From contig JAWUVO010000025.1 in the NCBI GenBank assembly GCA_034112325.1, positions 1,324-65,323 on the forward strand: DNA of 64,000 bases, in the 5' to 3' direction. The notes under the pieces are model-generated. The model worked only from the letters and a program-made list of their open reading frames with translations. It was not told the origin of the DNA and searched no databases. A program made the translations under genes and the position numbers. Shown in pieces: positions 29,704 to 40,802 of this stretch. The DNA comes from Bermanella sp. (GTDB lineage: Bacteria > Pseudomonadota > Gammaproteobacteria > Pseudomonadales > Oceanobacteraceae). Position 1 is the stretch's first letter, and each line of letters begins with the position of its first letter.

Positions 29704-31583
29704 GGTTTTCTGTCCCCATTTTCTTCATTTCTATTTCGGTTTTTATATTGATACAAAAATTTATTACGCAATAGACCACCAGGATCATCTGGAATACGCT
29801 CCATCCATTGTTGCATGGCTTGTTCTTGCTCGGCGTTTTTAGCTATTTCAGCGTCAGACAGAAACTCATCTTGCTGTTCTTTGCCTGACTCAGTAGCTTG
29901 CTTATTTTGCTGTTGCTGTACATTTTTTTCGTCATTGGCTGGGTCATTGGGGTTTTCAGAGTCTTTAGACTCAGCCTTTTGCTGCTCGTTATTTTCTTCT
30001 TTACCGTTTTCACCTTGCTGATTGGCCGGGTTGTCGGATTGCTGATCCTGCTTGGCTTCAGACTGCTCTCCATCCTTATTCTGGCCTTCTTGTTTCTGAC
30101 CATCCTGTTGCTGTCCGTCTTGCTGCTCTCCATCCTGTTTCTGGCTGTCTTTAGAATCATCAGACTGTTTAGAACTATCAGATTGTGAATCTTGCTGCTT
30201 GATCATGTTTTCGACTTTCTGTTTATTAAACTTTGCATCTTCATGATCCGGATTGTTATCTAGCACTTTATCGAATGCTGCTAAAGCTTCATCTAACCTG
30301 TTCAAATGTGCAAGCGCGTTTGCCTGGTTATATAGGTTTTCAGCATTGAAGCCTTGACCACTTGCAGACGATTGCCATTCATCTAGCGCGGCTTGGTAGT
30401 TTTGTGCTTTGTATAAACTACTAGCTTTCCAATTAGAGTCTTTAAACTGTTCAGCAGCGGCGGCTGGATTATCTTTAAATTTTTTCATTGCCGCTTGATT
30501 ATTATTTAATAATAAGTCAGGCAGGGACGAGGTTTGAAAATCTTCGGCCCAGCTATTATTAGGATGAAATACCATTAAGCACACGGCCAGCAGTACACCT
30601 TTTCTAAAGCCAAGCAGGGCCAATAGTATGATAGGTAACAATAGCCAATAACCACTATCAAACCATTGATCAAACACTACGCTTTCTTCGGTTTGTTCAA
30701 AACCTTGCTTTAAGGTTTGTGTTTCGGTTAAGTATTTAATGTCAGAATCATTACTGCTAAGCATTCGAATTCGACCATTAGTTTTATCAGACAAAGATTT
30801 TAACTCATCCCATTCTAGCTGGGGCATAATTACTTGACCGTTACTGTCTTTAAAAAACTGACCATCAGGTTTAACCAGTGGAGCGCCTTGATTTGTGCCG
30901 ACAGCCAAAATAGATAAATGAATGCCCGCAACTTTAAGCGCATTGGCTGCATAATTTATATCAGACTCTTCAGCGCCATCGCTTACCAATAAAAGCGTTT
31001 TAGGACTGCTTTTACCTTGTTCAAATAATTTAATTGTTTCGTCCACAAGACTGCGAATATTACTGCCTTGGGCTGGCATAATATATGGGTCCAAAGCAGG
31101 TAGCATAGATTGTATAGTTTTAATGTCACGGGTTAACGGCGACGCTACGTGTGCGTCTCCTGCGTAGGCAATTAATGCTATGTTGTTACCAATATTTTGG
31201 TCAAGTACATCTAAAATTTTATATTTTGCACGCTGCAACCTCGAAGGGCTTACGTCTTGTGCCGTCATTGATAGCGATAAGTCTAAAGCGATAACTAAGC
31301 CAGCTTGACTGTTGAATACTTGGGAAGGTTGCTTTTTCCAACTTGGACCTGCCAACGCAATTACAGCTAAAATAGCCGCTAATAAAAATACATACTTAAG
31401 TAGCGATAAATCTTTATCAGCTTGGTCGTGTTTTAGCATGTAAGGCTGAAGGGCAGGGGCTACAATGTTTTTCCATTGACCACTTAATGCGGCCCTGCGT
31501 TTTTGTATTAAAAAAGCTACCACAATAGGAAATAAAGCGATAAACCATTCAGGTCGTAAAAAATGAAAGTCAGGCACGATCAT
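29697..31583 (-). CDS. VWA + TPR protein (BatB/BatC-like)
   Basis: FHFLRPEW, DLSLSM MIDAS, TPR YNQANALA, Q/D/E-rich linker, IPDDPGGLLRNKF. Confidence 0.9.
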   Translation of the reverse strand: MIVPDFHFLRPEWFIALFPIVVAFLIQKRRAALSGQWKNIVAPALQPYMLKHDQADKDLSLLKYVFLLAAILAVIALAGPSWKKQPSQVFNSQAGLVIALDLSLSMTAQDVSPSRLQRAKYKILDVLDQNIGNNIALIAYAGDAHVASPLTRDIKTIQSMLPALDPYIMPAQGSNIRSLVDETIKLFEQGKSSPKTLLLVSDGAEESDINYAANALKVAGIHLSILAVGTNQGAPLVKPDGQFFKDSNGQVIMPQLEWDELKSLSDKTNGRIRMLSSNDSDIKYLTETQTLKQGFEQTEESVVFDQWFDSGYWLLLPIILLALLGFRKGVLLAVCLMVFHPNNSWAEDFQTSSLPDLLLNNNQAAMKKFKDNPAAAAEQFKDSNWKASSLYKAQNYQAALDEWQSSASGQGFNAENLYNQANALAHLNRLDEALAAFDKVLDNNPDHEDAKFNKQKVENMIKQQDSQSDSSKQSDDSKDSQKQDGEQQDGQQQDGQKQEGQNKDGEQSEAKQDQQSDNPANQQGENGKEENNEQQKAESKDSENPNDPANDEKNVQQQQNKQATESGKEQQDEFLSDAEIAKNAEQEQAMQQWMERIPDDPGGLLRNKFLYQYKNRNRNEENGDRKPW

Positions 31584-32613
31584 TCTCCCCACTTGCGTTA
31601 TTATTTGAACGTTTATTTATTAATCTAGAAAAAGGTAAAAATAGATCTGACTTGATCAAAAATAATAGTGCGGCAAACATTAAGCTAAAAGCTAAAGGAA
31701 TATGAAATAGCGATTTTTCTGGACGAATGACCTGATCTTCTACTTCTATCTCTTCTAATTGATCCAATATATTGTAAATGTTTTCTAGTTCTTCAGGATT
31801 CCTTGCGCGGTAGTATTGGCCACCGGTATCTTCAGCAATGGTGGTTAACGTCTTTTCATCTAGGTCACGACTTGGGTTTACTCGTCTTGGACCAAAAAAT
31901 CCTTGCACCACCATTTCATCTGCGCCAATACCCACAGTATAAACTTTTACACCCGCTTGAGCAGCTAGCTTAGAGGCTTGTAAAGGTTCGATTTCGCCAG
32001 CTGTATTTTGTCCGTCGGTTAATAAAATAACTACACGGTTTGACTCAGGTAAATCTTGTAAACGCTTTACAGCTAAGCCAATTCCGTCACCAATTGCGGT
32101 TCTTTTACCAGCAAGTCCTACAACCGCTTCATCTAGCAATTGCTGTAGCGTAGCCAAGTCAAACGTTAATGGTGTTTGAACATACGCACGCTCGCCAAAT
32201 AAAATAAGTCCTAATCTGTCTCCTTGACGGCGCTCAATAAAACCTGTCAGTACAGCCTTAACGGCTTGAAGTCGATTAATTTGTCGTGCATTAAACGTCA
32301 TGTCTTCTTCTAACATACTTTGTGAAATATCGACTGCCAGCATCATATTGCGGTCGCTGTTAGTTACCGACTTAGGTTCACCAACAAAAATAGGGCGGCA
32401 GGCGGCCACAATTAAACAACACCAAGCAATAGTAGTTAATATAATCATTAACCAAGACGGTTTTTGCTGCTGGTTTGGTTTCGCATCTGCAAGAATCATC
32501 AAACTTGGGGCGTATACTTCGCTTACCTTAATGTCTTTTTTAGGTGCAAAAAAGTACACTAATAAAGGCAGTGGTAATAGGGTTAGCAGCCATGGCCATT
32601 GCAAACTCAACAT
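31570..32613 (-). CDS. VWA domain protein (BatA-like)
   Basis: DISQSM, DRLGLILFG, TAIGDGIG, LLTDGQN. Confidence 0.92.
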   Translation of the reverse strand: MLSLQWPWLLTLLPLPLLVYFFAPKKDIKVSEVYAPSLMILADAKPNQQQKPSWLMIILTTIAWCCLIVAACRPIFVGEPKSVTNSDRNMMLAVDISQSMLEEDMTFNARQINRLQAVKAVLTGFIERRQGDRLGLILFGERAYVQTPLTFDLATLQQLLDEAVVGLAGKRTAIGDGIGLAVKRLQDLPESNRVVILLTDGQNTAGEIEPLQASKLAAQAGVKVYTVGIGADEMVVQGFFGPRRVNPSRDLDEKTLTTIAEDTGGQYYRARNPEELENIYNILDQLEEIEVEDQVIRPEKSLFHIPLAFSLMFAALLFLIKSDLFLPFSRLINKRSNNNASGENDRA

Positions 32614-33077
32614 TGCACTTTCCTTATCCATAGTAAGCAAGCTTGCTTAAGTTGTTCGCTATTAATTGAAATACTTGGGTCGTCAGGAATAAAAGCAAAA
32701 GACTTTAACTCGGGTAAAAATATCGGTTGTTTAACCTGCTTGTCTAAATATTCTAACCAAGACAAAGAACTCAATGACGCACAGGACTTATCAATTTTAT
32801 TAAAACAAATTTGCTTTAATAGCCGATTACATGCCAGTGAATATTCAACCGAGTTTTCATGTTTAATTGCATTTAGCTGCTTGATTGCAAGTTTACGCCA
32901 CGCATTTTTTTTTCGATAAAGTATCGTAAAAATAGCCAATGCGACTATTACCACCAGCATTAACCACCAAGGCCAAGCTAACGGCCACCACGAAACAGGG
33001 TCGGGAAGGTGAATGTCTCTTAATTGTTCTAACATAGGATTGGGGGCTTGATTAGCTGTCTGCGAGGCTTGATTCAT
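32607..33077 (-). CDS. DUF4381 family protein
   Basis: LEQLRDIHLPDPVSWWPLAWPWW. Confidence 0.9.
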   Translation of the reverse strand: MNQASQTANQAPNPMLEQLRDIHLPDPVSWWPLAWPWWLMLVVIVALAIFTILYRKKNAWRKLAIKQLNAIKHENSVEYSLACNRLLKQICFNKIDKSCASLSSLSWLEYLDKQVKQPIFLPELKSFAFIPDDPSISINSEQLKQACLLWIRKVQC

Positions 33078-34030
33078 CGTCCACCTCTTTGCTCAATGGC
33101 AAGTTTTAATGCGGAGAATGGAATTTCTCCCGCATTTATCTGGTGATGATTTATGCCTAACTGCTTAAAACTTTTTTCAATTGTCTGCTGCCATACCCCA
33201 AGCGCATTTTTATACGATGCTTGAGTCTTGCTATTTTGTGTATCGAGGATACCGTGTTCTAAGCCGTCGGTCACAGGGTACAGTCCTGCGGGCGGTGCTT
33301 CACGCTCTAGAGAATCAAATATTTGTAATGCCACCACATGGTTATGACGTCTGAGTGAAAACAATGCTTTTTTGTCGTTATCTGTTAAGTCGTAAAAGTC
33401 ACTCATAATATAAAGTGTGGTGCCCGGTGTCATAGTTTGTTTAAGGTGTAACAAACCATCACTTAAACTGGTTTTCATAGGGATGTTTTTAGTGAGTAGG
33501 TGGTTGCATTCATTAATGGTTTTAATGATTTTTAGAACGTGCTGAACTCTTTGTTTTGGGCGAAAATCAAACTCGGTTTCATTTCCTAGAATCATTGCAC
33601 CTACGCGGTCACCATGATCAACCGCAGCCCATGCGATCAACGCGGCACATTGAGCCGCAACTACCGATTTAAAGCTGCGCTTAGTGCCAAAAAACATAGG
33701 ATTGCGTTGGTCACACAAGATTACAACAGGGCGTTCACGTTCTTCTTTGTAAACCCGTGTATGGGGTTTTTGTGTGCGCGCAGTAACACGCCAGTCGATG
33801 GCACGAATATCGTCACCAGGCTGATACAAACGCAGTTGATCTAGATCTAATCCGCGACCTTTTTGCTTGCTAGCATGACCACCACTAAGCATGCCGTGAA
33901 TTTGTGGCAAGCTAGCAATACGCAGTCTTTTCGCCAACATACGCAGCTGCGTAAGCTGGTGCTCATCAGTTACAGCGCAGGCAGGAAAAAACTTATCTAG
34001 GTAGTTTCCTTTGGGCATTTCAGCATTCAT
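33074..34030 (-). CDS. DUF58 family protein
   Basis: GRGLD..QLRLYQPGDDIRAIDWRVTAR, EERE, MFFG, SDF. Confidence 0.92.
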   Translation of the reverse strand: MNAEMPKGNYLDKFFPACAVTDEHQLTQLRMLAKRLRIASLPQIHGMLSGGHASKQKGRGLDLDQLRLYQPGDDIRAIDWRVTARTQKPHTRVYKEERERPVVILCDQRNPMFFGTKRSFKSVVAAQCAALIAWAAVDHGDRVGAMILGNETEFDFRPKQRVQHVLKIIKTINECNHLLTKNIPMKTSLSDGLLHLKQTMTPGTTLYIMSDFYDLTDNDKKALFSLRRHNHVVALQIFDSLEREAPPAGLYPVTDGLEHGILDTQNSKTQASYKNALGVWQQTIEKSFKQLGINHHQINAGEIPFSALKLAIEQRGGR

Positions 34031-34042
34031 TAATCTAACGCC

Positions 34043-35014
34043 CTAGGGTACCGGAACTCGTAAAATCAGTTCGTTGATAATACGGTCGGCATTCATGCCA
34101 GATGCCTCAGCGTCAAAGCTAACAATTAAGCGGTGACGTAATACTGAGTGTAAAACGGCTTGCACGTCATCGGGGCTTACATAGTCTCTACCGGCTAACC
34201 AAGCATGGGCTCTTGCACAGCGGTCTAATGCAATGGTGCCACGGGGACTTGCGCCAAATTCTAACCATGACGCTAGGTCGTCTCCATAACCTTCGGGTTT
34301 GCGGGTGGCCATGATTAATTGAACGATGTATTCTTCTACTCGATCACTCAGGTGCATTGCTAGCACCTCTTGGCGCGCATCAAAGATACTTTTTGCCGAA
34401 AGTTTGTCGATTGTTTTTTGATCAGCTTTGCCTTGCTCTGCTTGCGCTTCACCACGAGCAAGACGTAATATTTTAGTTTCAGCTTCAGCATCTGGATAGT
34501 CAATACGAACATGCATTAAAAAGCGATCTAACTGAGCTTCAGGAAGAGGGTAGGTGCCTTCTTGTTCAATTGGGTTTTGAGTGGCCATTACCAAAAATAA
34601 ATCGTCTAGTTGGTAGGTAGTGCTGGCCACACTCACTTGTCGCTCAGCCATGGCTTCTAGCAAAGCCGATTGTACTTTTGCAGGTGCGCGATTAATTTCA
34701 TCGGCTAATACTAGGTTGTTAAATAGGGGGCCTTTTTGAAATACAAATTCACCAGTTTCTGCACGGTAAATTTCACTGCCGGTGATGTCAGCAGGTAGTA
34801 GATCGGGAGTGAACTGAATCCGCTGGAAATCGCCTTCCATGTTGTCGGCTAAGGTTTTAATGGCCTTAGTTTTGGCAAGACCGGGTGCGCCTTCTACTAA
34901 TAAATGCCCATCGGCTAATAAAGCTATGATAAGTGCATTGACTAAGTCTGGCTGACCTATTATCTGGTCTTTAAGTGCTGTTTGAAGAGCCGTTATGTTA
35001 TCGCGTGTTGTCAT
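34043..35014 (-). CDS. moxR: MoxR family AAA+ ATPase
   Basis: GAPGLAKT, RIQFTPDLLP, ADEINRAPAKVQSALLEAM, NPIEQEGTYPLPEAQLDRF. Confidence 0.95.
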   Translation of the reverse strand: MTTRDNITALQTALKDQIIGQPDLVNALIIALLADGHLLVEGAPGLAKTKAIKTLADNMEGDFQRIQFTPDLLPADITGSEIYRAETGEFVFQKGPLFNNLVLADEINRAPAKVQSALLEAMAERQVSVASTTYQLDDLFLVMATQNPIEQEGTYPLPEAQLDRFLMHVRIDYPDAEAETKILRLARGEAQAEQGKADQKTIDKLSAKSIFDARQEVLAMHLSDRVEEYIVQLIMATRKPEGYGDDLASWLEFGASPRGTIALDRCARAHAWLAGRDYVSPDDVQAVLHSVLRHRLIVSFDAEASGMNADRIINELILRVPVP

Positions 35015-35228
35015 GTAGCCATTTCCAAGTTTTTGTTTTTAAAGGCTGTTTTGTTAATTAACCCATTTTAGGAATATTAAATTTCTGGTCAAGCGTATGA
35101 GCGTCTAAACAGCAAAGAGTTTCGTTATTGTATGAAAAAAACCATTTTTTTGTCTCTTAGGTTAAAAATTAAGCGAATTCTCAGATGTAAACTATTATTT
35201 AGCTATAAAGGATAATGCCGGAACCAAC

Positions 35229-38200
35229 ATGATCATATCAAAGATTCAGCACAAGGACTTACACCCTCAAATAACTTTGCTTGCAGAGCGACTAGCTGGC
35301 GCTGTGCCCAAAGAGCAAGTTGATAGTATTGATAAATTCTCAACGCTATATTATGCCACTACACCTACTCATGAATTAGATATCCGCAAGATAGATGATC
35401 TATATGGTGCCACCTTGGCTTGCTGGGGATTCATACAAAATAATACCGACGCTGGGAAAATTAGGGTGTTTAACCCCGACTTTGAACAGCACGGCTGGCA
35501 GTCTACCCATACAATTATTGAAATTATTCATAAAGATATTCCATTTTTAGTAGATTCTATTCGTATGGAGCTGAATAGAAGAGAAATGGCCATTCACTTT
35601 ATTAACCATGCAGTACTGCCTCTTTCTCGTAAGAAAAATGGCGACCTTGATTATAAAGGCTGTTTTAACGATAAAAGCGATCTTAAAGAAGCAGTCATTT
35701 ATATAGAAGTTGATCGCCATACAGACCAAAAACTGCTGGCTGATTTAAATAATCAGTTGAAAAAAATAGTGGATGACATTTGCTTAGTTGTCGATGACTT
35801 CTCTGAATTTAAAGACCGCAGCAAAGAGGCCGCTAGCTGGATTAGAGCTAATAAAGGTCCTGCTAGTAAAAAAGATTCGGCAGAAGCGGCTGAGTTTATC
35901 GACTGGATGTCAGATAACAACTTCACTTTTTTAGGCAGTGAAGATTTTAAAATTGAAAAAAAAGCAGGAAAAAAGCTGGTAGTTCGGGATTTGAAGTCTG
36001 TACTGGGAACATTTCGCAGTGAGTTACATGGTGCCAACAATGTAGTGCTAGATGATTTCCCCCAAGGTGTTCAGGAATCGGCGTTATCTCCAGAACTAAT
36101 AACTTTTAGTAAGTCTAGCCGACGCTCTAAGATTCACCGTCCAGCCTATCCAGATTATATTGTGGTTAAACATATAAACAAAGATGGCGAAGTTGTAGGT
36201 GGGCGTCGTTTTATGGGTTTATTCACCTCTAACGTGTATTTAGAAAGCCCATTTAATATTCCTTTGATCCGTAATAAAGTAAAAACAGTACTAGAGCTTT
36301 CAGAGTTAGGTGCTGATAGCCATAATGGCAAAGAGCTTAATCATATTTTAGAGATATTTCCACGAGATGAGTTATTCCATACCGACGTGGACCAATTAGC
36401 CACAACAGCTATTGGTATTTTGAACATACAAGAACGCCGCCGCACTCAAATATTTATTCGCAAAGATAAATTAGATAAATTTTTGTCATGCATGGTATAT
36501 ATTCCACGAGATTCATATAACACTGAATTACGTCAAAAAATTCAAAATATATTGACGGCTGCATTTAAGCCAAAAGATACTGAGTTTACTACTTATTTCT
36601 CTGAATCTATATTATCTCGTACCTTATTTTATCTAAAACTAGATCCTGATAATTTACCAGAATATGATTTAGCGCGTATTGAAAAAGACATTCAAAATGT
36701 GGCTCGTTCTTGGCAAGATGATTTGATGGGTGCATTGGTAGAAGGTGTAGGTGAAGAGAAAGGAAATCGTTACTTCCAGCAATATAGAAATAGTTTTGGT
36801 GCCAGTTATCGAGAAGAGTTTTCTTCACGCACTGCGGTAGTGGATATTCAACATATTGCGGCAATGGATAAGACTAATAATATTTCAATGAGCCTTTATC
36901 GTAATGTGGCCGACACGGGTAATTATTTAAAATTTAAGTTGTATAACCCAGATACGTTACTGCCCCTTTCAGATGTTATTCCTATCTTAGAGAACTTAGG
37001 GTTACGAGTTATTGGTGAGCATCCATATGGTGTTAGTCGCATGGATGGCAAGCAATACTGGATTCATGATTTCACTCTGATTTATACCTTCAGTGATAAT
37101 ATTGACTTGCATGAAAGCAAAGAGCAATTTCAAGATGCATTTCGCTCTATTTGGTATGGCAAGGCCGAAAACGATAACTTTAACCGATTATTGCTAGGTG
37201 CCAAGATTGGTTGGCGCGAAGTCGCGTTATTACGAGCTTACGCCCGTTATATGAAACAGATCCGTTTTGCTTTTTCAGAAACTTATATTGCAGAAACATT
37301 ATGTAAATACCCAGATTTATCTTCGTTTATGGTGAAGTATTTTCAGACTAGGTTTAGTTTATTAAACTCCATTAATGAAGGCCGTGAAAATAGTCTTACT
37401 GAATTAGATACTCGGTTAAACGAAGAGTTGGACAGTGTAGAGGGCATAAACGAAGATAAGATATTCCGTCGTTACCATGAACTGATGAAAGCAACCTTGA
37501 GAACAAACTTCTTTCAAAAAGAAGATGGCGAACTAAAACGTTATTTTTCGTTTAAATTAAGCCCTAGAGATATTTCCGATATTCCATTGCCTAAGCCCAT
37601 GTTCGAAATATTTGTCTACAGCCCAAGGGTTGAAGGTGTGCATTTGCGTGGCGGTAAAGTAGCTCGTGGTGGCTTACGCTGGTCTGATCGTAATGAAGAT
37701 TTTCGTACCGAGGTGTTAGGCTTAGTTAAAGCTCAGCAAGTTAAAAACTCGGTGATTGTGCCGGTTGGTGCAAAAGGCGGTTTTGTTGCTAAGCACTTGC
37801 CTGAAAACGATCGTGATGCATTTTTAGCTGAGGGTATTGAATGTTATAAAATATTTATATCTGCTTTGTTAGACGTAACCGACAACTTAATAGAGGGCGA
37901 AGTTATTCCTCCGTTACAAGTTGTGCGTCACGATGAAGATGACCCATATTTAGTGGTGGCCGCTGATAAAGGCACCGCGACTTTTTCTGATATATCTAAC
38001 GCCATTGCTATTGAGCGTGGCTATTGGTTAGGCGATGCATTTGCTAGTGGCGGTTCGGTAGGGTATGACCATAAAAAAATGGGTATTACTGCCAAGGGCG
38101 CTTGGATTTCTGTGCAACGACATTTCCGCGAGCAGGGTATTAATATACAAGAAGAACCTATCACAGCCATAGGTGTTGGTGATATGGCAGGTGATGTTTT

Positions 38201-40082
38201 TGGTAATGGCATGCTATGCAGTGAACACATTAAATTAGTTGCCGCATTTAATCATATGCATATTTTTATCGACCCAGACCCTGAAGATGTAAAAGCCACC
38301 TTTGCAGAGCGCAAGCGTTTGTTTGAGCTGCCTAGAAGCTCGTGGGCTGATTATGATAAAAAACTTATCTCAAAAGGTGGTGCATTATTTAGTCGTAGTT
38401 CTAAATCTTTAGACATCACGCCTGAAATGAAAGTACGTTTTGACATAGCAGCAGATAAATTATCACCAAATGACCTGATTACCGCGTTACTAAAATCGCC
38501 AGTAGACTTGATTTGGAATGGTGGCATAGGCACCTATGTTAAATCGTCGTTAGAAACACACGCCGACGCAGGTGACAAAGCCAATGACAGCTTACGTATA
38601 AATGGTAAAGAATTACGAGCTAAAGTGATTGGTGAAGGGGGCAATTTAGGTATTACCCAGCGCGCCCGAATCGAATATGCGTTAGAAAGTGAAGGGGCTT
38701 CGTTTACCGACTTTATTGATAATGCGGCAGGCGTAGATTGCTCTGACCACGAAGTAAACATAAAGATATTATTAAATAGTTTAGTTCAGGCTGGGGACAT
38801 GACTGAAAAGCAACGCAACAAGCTGCTTGAAGAAATGACCGAAGAAGTATCTGAATTGGTTTTAGATAATAACTATAATCAAACGCAAGCCATTGCCTTG
38901 GCTTACCGTGAGGCTAAAACCCGAATTGATGAATATAAACGCTTGATTAATGAGCTTGAAAGTCAGGGTAAGTTAAACCGAGAAATGGAATTTTTACCTA
39001 GTAATGAAGAGCTGGAAGAACGTAAAAATCAGTCGAAGGGTTTAACTCGCCCGGAGCTATCTGTATTAATTAGTTACACTAAAGGTGATTTAAAAGAGTT
39101 ATTAAATGTACGTGGAATTTCTAAAAATAAATACTTAGCTAAAGCATTAGAAACCGCATTTCCTTCCCCCTTAGCCGAACGTTTTCCAGAGCAATTATAC
39201 GGTCACCAGCTACGCAGTGAAATAGTGGCTACCCAGCTAGCAAACGAAATGGTAAACCGCATGGGCATTACCTATGTAAATCGTATGCATGACAGTACGG
39301 GGGCAGACATTAACGCCATTGTTAAAGCCTACGTGGCAGCTCGTGATGTATTTCGTATGGATGATTTATGGCATCAAATAGAAGCTCTCGATTATGTGGT
39401 GTCGTCAAAAACCCAAGAAGATATGATGGCCAGCTTAATGCGATTGATTCGTCGTGCCAGTCGTTGGTTCCTTCGTAACCGTCGTCGTGAAATTAATCTT
39501 AAAGAAGAAGTAGAGCGTTTTAGAGAACGTGCCGAAGGCATTAGTGCCAATTTAGGTTCATTGCTAGCAGGAGACGGCAAAAAAACATGGCAAAAGCATT
39601 ATGAAAGGTTAGTTGAGTCAGGTGTGCCTGAGGAGTTAGCTTCTTCTATTGCTGGGTCGAACTATATGTTCAGCGCATTAAGTATTATCGAAGGTGCAGA
39701 GCAAACCAACCGAACGCCTGAAGATGTTGCCTCGATGTATTTTCAAGTGGGATGCAACCTAGATCTAGAGTGGTTCTTAGATCAGCTTAATGCCATGACG
39801 GTACAAAGTCATTGGCAAGCACTGGCACGTGAAACTTATCGAGACGACTTAGATTGGCAGCAGCGTACTCTGACGGTGAGTATTATTAATACCTTGCCAG
39901 ATGGAGATATCGAGGCACGAATGCGGGTTTGGTTAGATAAAAGTGAGCCAATGATAACCCGTTGGCGTAAAACGGTAGCAGAGCTTAGAGAGGGCGATAT
40001 TAATGACTTTGCAGTGTTCGCAGTTGCACTAAGAGAGTTATTAGATCTAGCTCAAGAAAGTAAGATAGCAGCTGATTGTTAA
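35229..40082 (+). CDS. gdhB: Large NAD-specific glutamate dehydrogenase
   Basis: 1617 aa; GVHLRGGKVARGGLRWSDR, VKNSVIVPVGAKGGF, AADKGTATFSD, GYDHKKMGITA, DCSDHEVNIKI. Confidence 0.96.
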   Translation: MIISKIQHKDLHPQITLLAERLAGAVPKEQVDSIDKFSTLYYATTPTHELDIRKIDDLYGATLACWGFIQNNTDAGKIRVFNPDFEQHGWQSTHTIIEIIHKDIPFLVDSIRMELNRREMAIHFINHAVLPLSRKKNGDLDYKGCFNDKSDLKEAVIYIEVDRHTDQKLLADLNNQLKKIVDDICLVVDDFSEFKDRSKEAASWIRANKGPASKKDSAEAAEFIDWMSDNNFTFLGSEDFKIEKKAGKKLVVRDLKSVLGTFRSELHGANNVVLDDFPQGVQESALSPELITFSKSSRRSKIHRPAYPDYIVVKHINKDGEVVGGRRFMGLFTSNVYLESPFNIPLIRNKVKTVLELSELGADSHNGKELNHILEIFPRDELFHTDVDQLATTAIGILNIQERRRTQIFIRKDKLDKFLSCMVYIPRDSYNTELRQKIQNILTAAFKPKDTEFTTYFSESILSRTLFYLKLDPDNLPEYDLARIEKDIQNVARSWQDDLMGALVEGVGEEKGNRYFQQYRNSFGASYREEFSSRTAVVDIQHIAAMDKTNNISMSLYRNVADTGNYLKFKLYNPDTLLPLSDVIPILENLGLRVIGEHPYGVSRMDGKQYWIHDFTLIYTFSDNIDLHESKEQFQDAFRSIWYGKAENDNFNRLLLGAKIGWREVALLRAYARYMKQIRFAFSETYIAETLCKYPDLSSFMVKYFQTRFSLLNSINEGRENSLTELDTRLNEELDSVEGINEDKIFRRYHELMKATLRTNFFQKEDGELKRYFSFKLSPRDISDIPLPKPMFEIFVYSPRVEGVHLRGGKVARGGLRWSDRNEDFRTEVLGLVKAQQVKNSVIVPVGAKGGFVAKHLPENDRDAFLAEGIECYKIFISALLDVTDNLIEGEVIPPLQVVRHDEDDPYLVVAADKGTATFSDISNAIAIERGYWLGDAFASGGSVGYDHKKMGITAKGAWISVQRHFREQGINIQEEPITAIGVGDMAGDVFGNGMLCSEHIKLVAAFNHMHIFIDPDPEDVKATFAERKRLFELPRSSWADYDKKLISKGGALFSRSSKSLDITPEMKVRFDIAADKLSPNDLITALLKSPVDLIWNGGIGTYVKSSLETHADAGDKANDSLRINGKELRAKVIGEGGNLGITQRARIEYALESEGASFTDFIDNAAGVDCSDHEVNIKILLNSLVQAGDMTEKQRNKLLEEMTEEVSELVLDNNYNQTQAIALAYREAKTRIDEYKRLINELESQGKLNREMEFLPSNEELEERKNQSKGLTRPELSVLISYTKGDLKELLNVRGISKNKYLAKALETAFPSPLAERFPEQLYGHQLRSEIVATQLANEMVNRMGITYVNRMHDSTGADINAIVKAYVAARDVFRMDDLWHQIEALDYVVSSKTQEDMMASLMRLIRRASRWFLRNRRREINLKEEVERFRERAEGISANLGSLLAGDGKKTWQKHYERLVESGVPEELASSIAGSNYMFSALSIIEGAEQTNRTPEDVASMYFQVGCNLDLEWFLDQLNAMTVQSHWQALARETYRDDLDWQQRTLTVSIINTLPDGDIEARMRVWLDKSEPMITRWRKTVAELREGDINDFAVFAVALRELLDLAQESKIAADC

Positions 40083-40118
40083 GTTGTTAATGTTAAAATA
40101 AAGTAAAAATAAGCAACA

Positions 40119-40152
40119 TAAAAGGCAAGGTAGTGGATACCTTGTCTTTTTT
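40119..40152 (+). terminator. Terminator after gdhB
   Basis: AAAGGCAAGGTA-GTGGA-TACCTTGTCTTT followed by a T run. Confidence 0.75.
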
Positions 40153-40285
40153 ATTGGAATTAATACACAGGTAGGCTAAATTATTAAAAATAGTTGATAT
40201 CAACCAGTTTAAAGACCAGTTTTAAAGACCAGCTTAATAGACTGATTTAAAAGCATAATTCCAAAGCAGCAAGGTTAAATTCCAA

Positions 40286-40504
40286 GTGTCATCGATCGAA
40301 GTAGACATCCACTTATCTAGTGACGAAGTGCAGCGGGCTTACCAAGGGGTAGAGCAGGTATATGCTATGTCGGTAGACGGGCGATCAATTCGCTTTCCAG
40401 TAAAAATATTATGGTCTTTTATTGCACATAACGGCATCCACGGCCGTTTTTTAATCCACTTTGATAAACATGGCAAATTTACAGAAGTTTTGAGGCTGTA
40501 CTAA
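40286..40504 (+). CDS. DUF2835 family protein
   Basis: 72 aa, YQG..VYA.SVDGRSIRFP...FIAHNGIHGRF; usual position upstream of pyrD. Confidence 0.85.
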   Translation: MSSIEVDIHLSSDEVQRAYQGVEQVYAMSVDGRSIRFPVKILWSFIAHNGIHGRFLIHFDKHGKFTEVLRLY

Positions 40505-40802
40505 ATCTGTATTTTGTTGGTATCTTTGTTTGTCCTATTTCACATGAATTTCATTTTAATCCTTCTTTCTTTTGTTAACTGATTGGTCACACTACTACTT
40601 AATAAAATAGTATTGGATTTTATAGGTAGTTAATAATTAGGTTTTATCTTATTTTGATAGTGGTTAAATGCTTAGGTTAGTCTGTATTTATACTTTATTG
40701 GGCTCTATAGTCTACAAAAGAGTTCGACGGTAATTTATGGCGATACCCAGTCAGGTGTTCGTATTGTGCGGGCTTTAAATTAAATATATTACGGAGAAAA
40801 AG

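Noticed and set aside
29815-30188. Cys/Leu-rich ORFs overlapping the VWA-TPR gene
   Set aside because: Alternative-frame shadows of the Q/D/E low-complexity linker.
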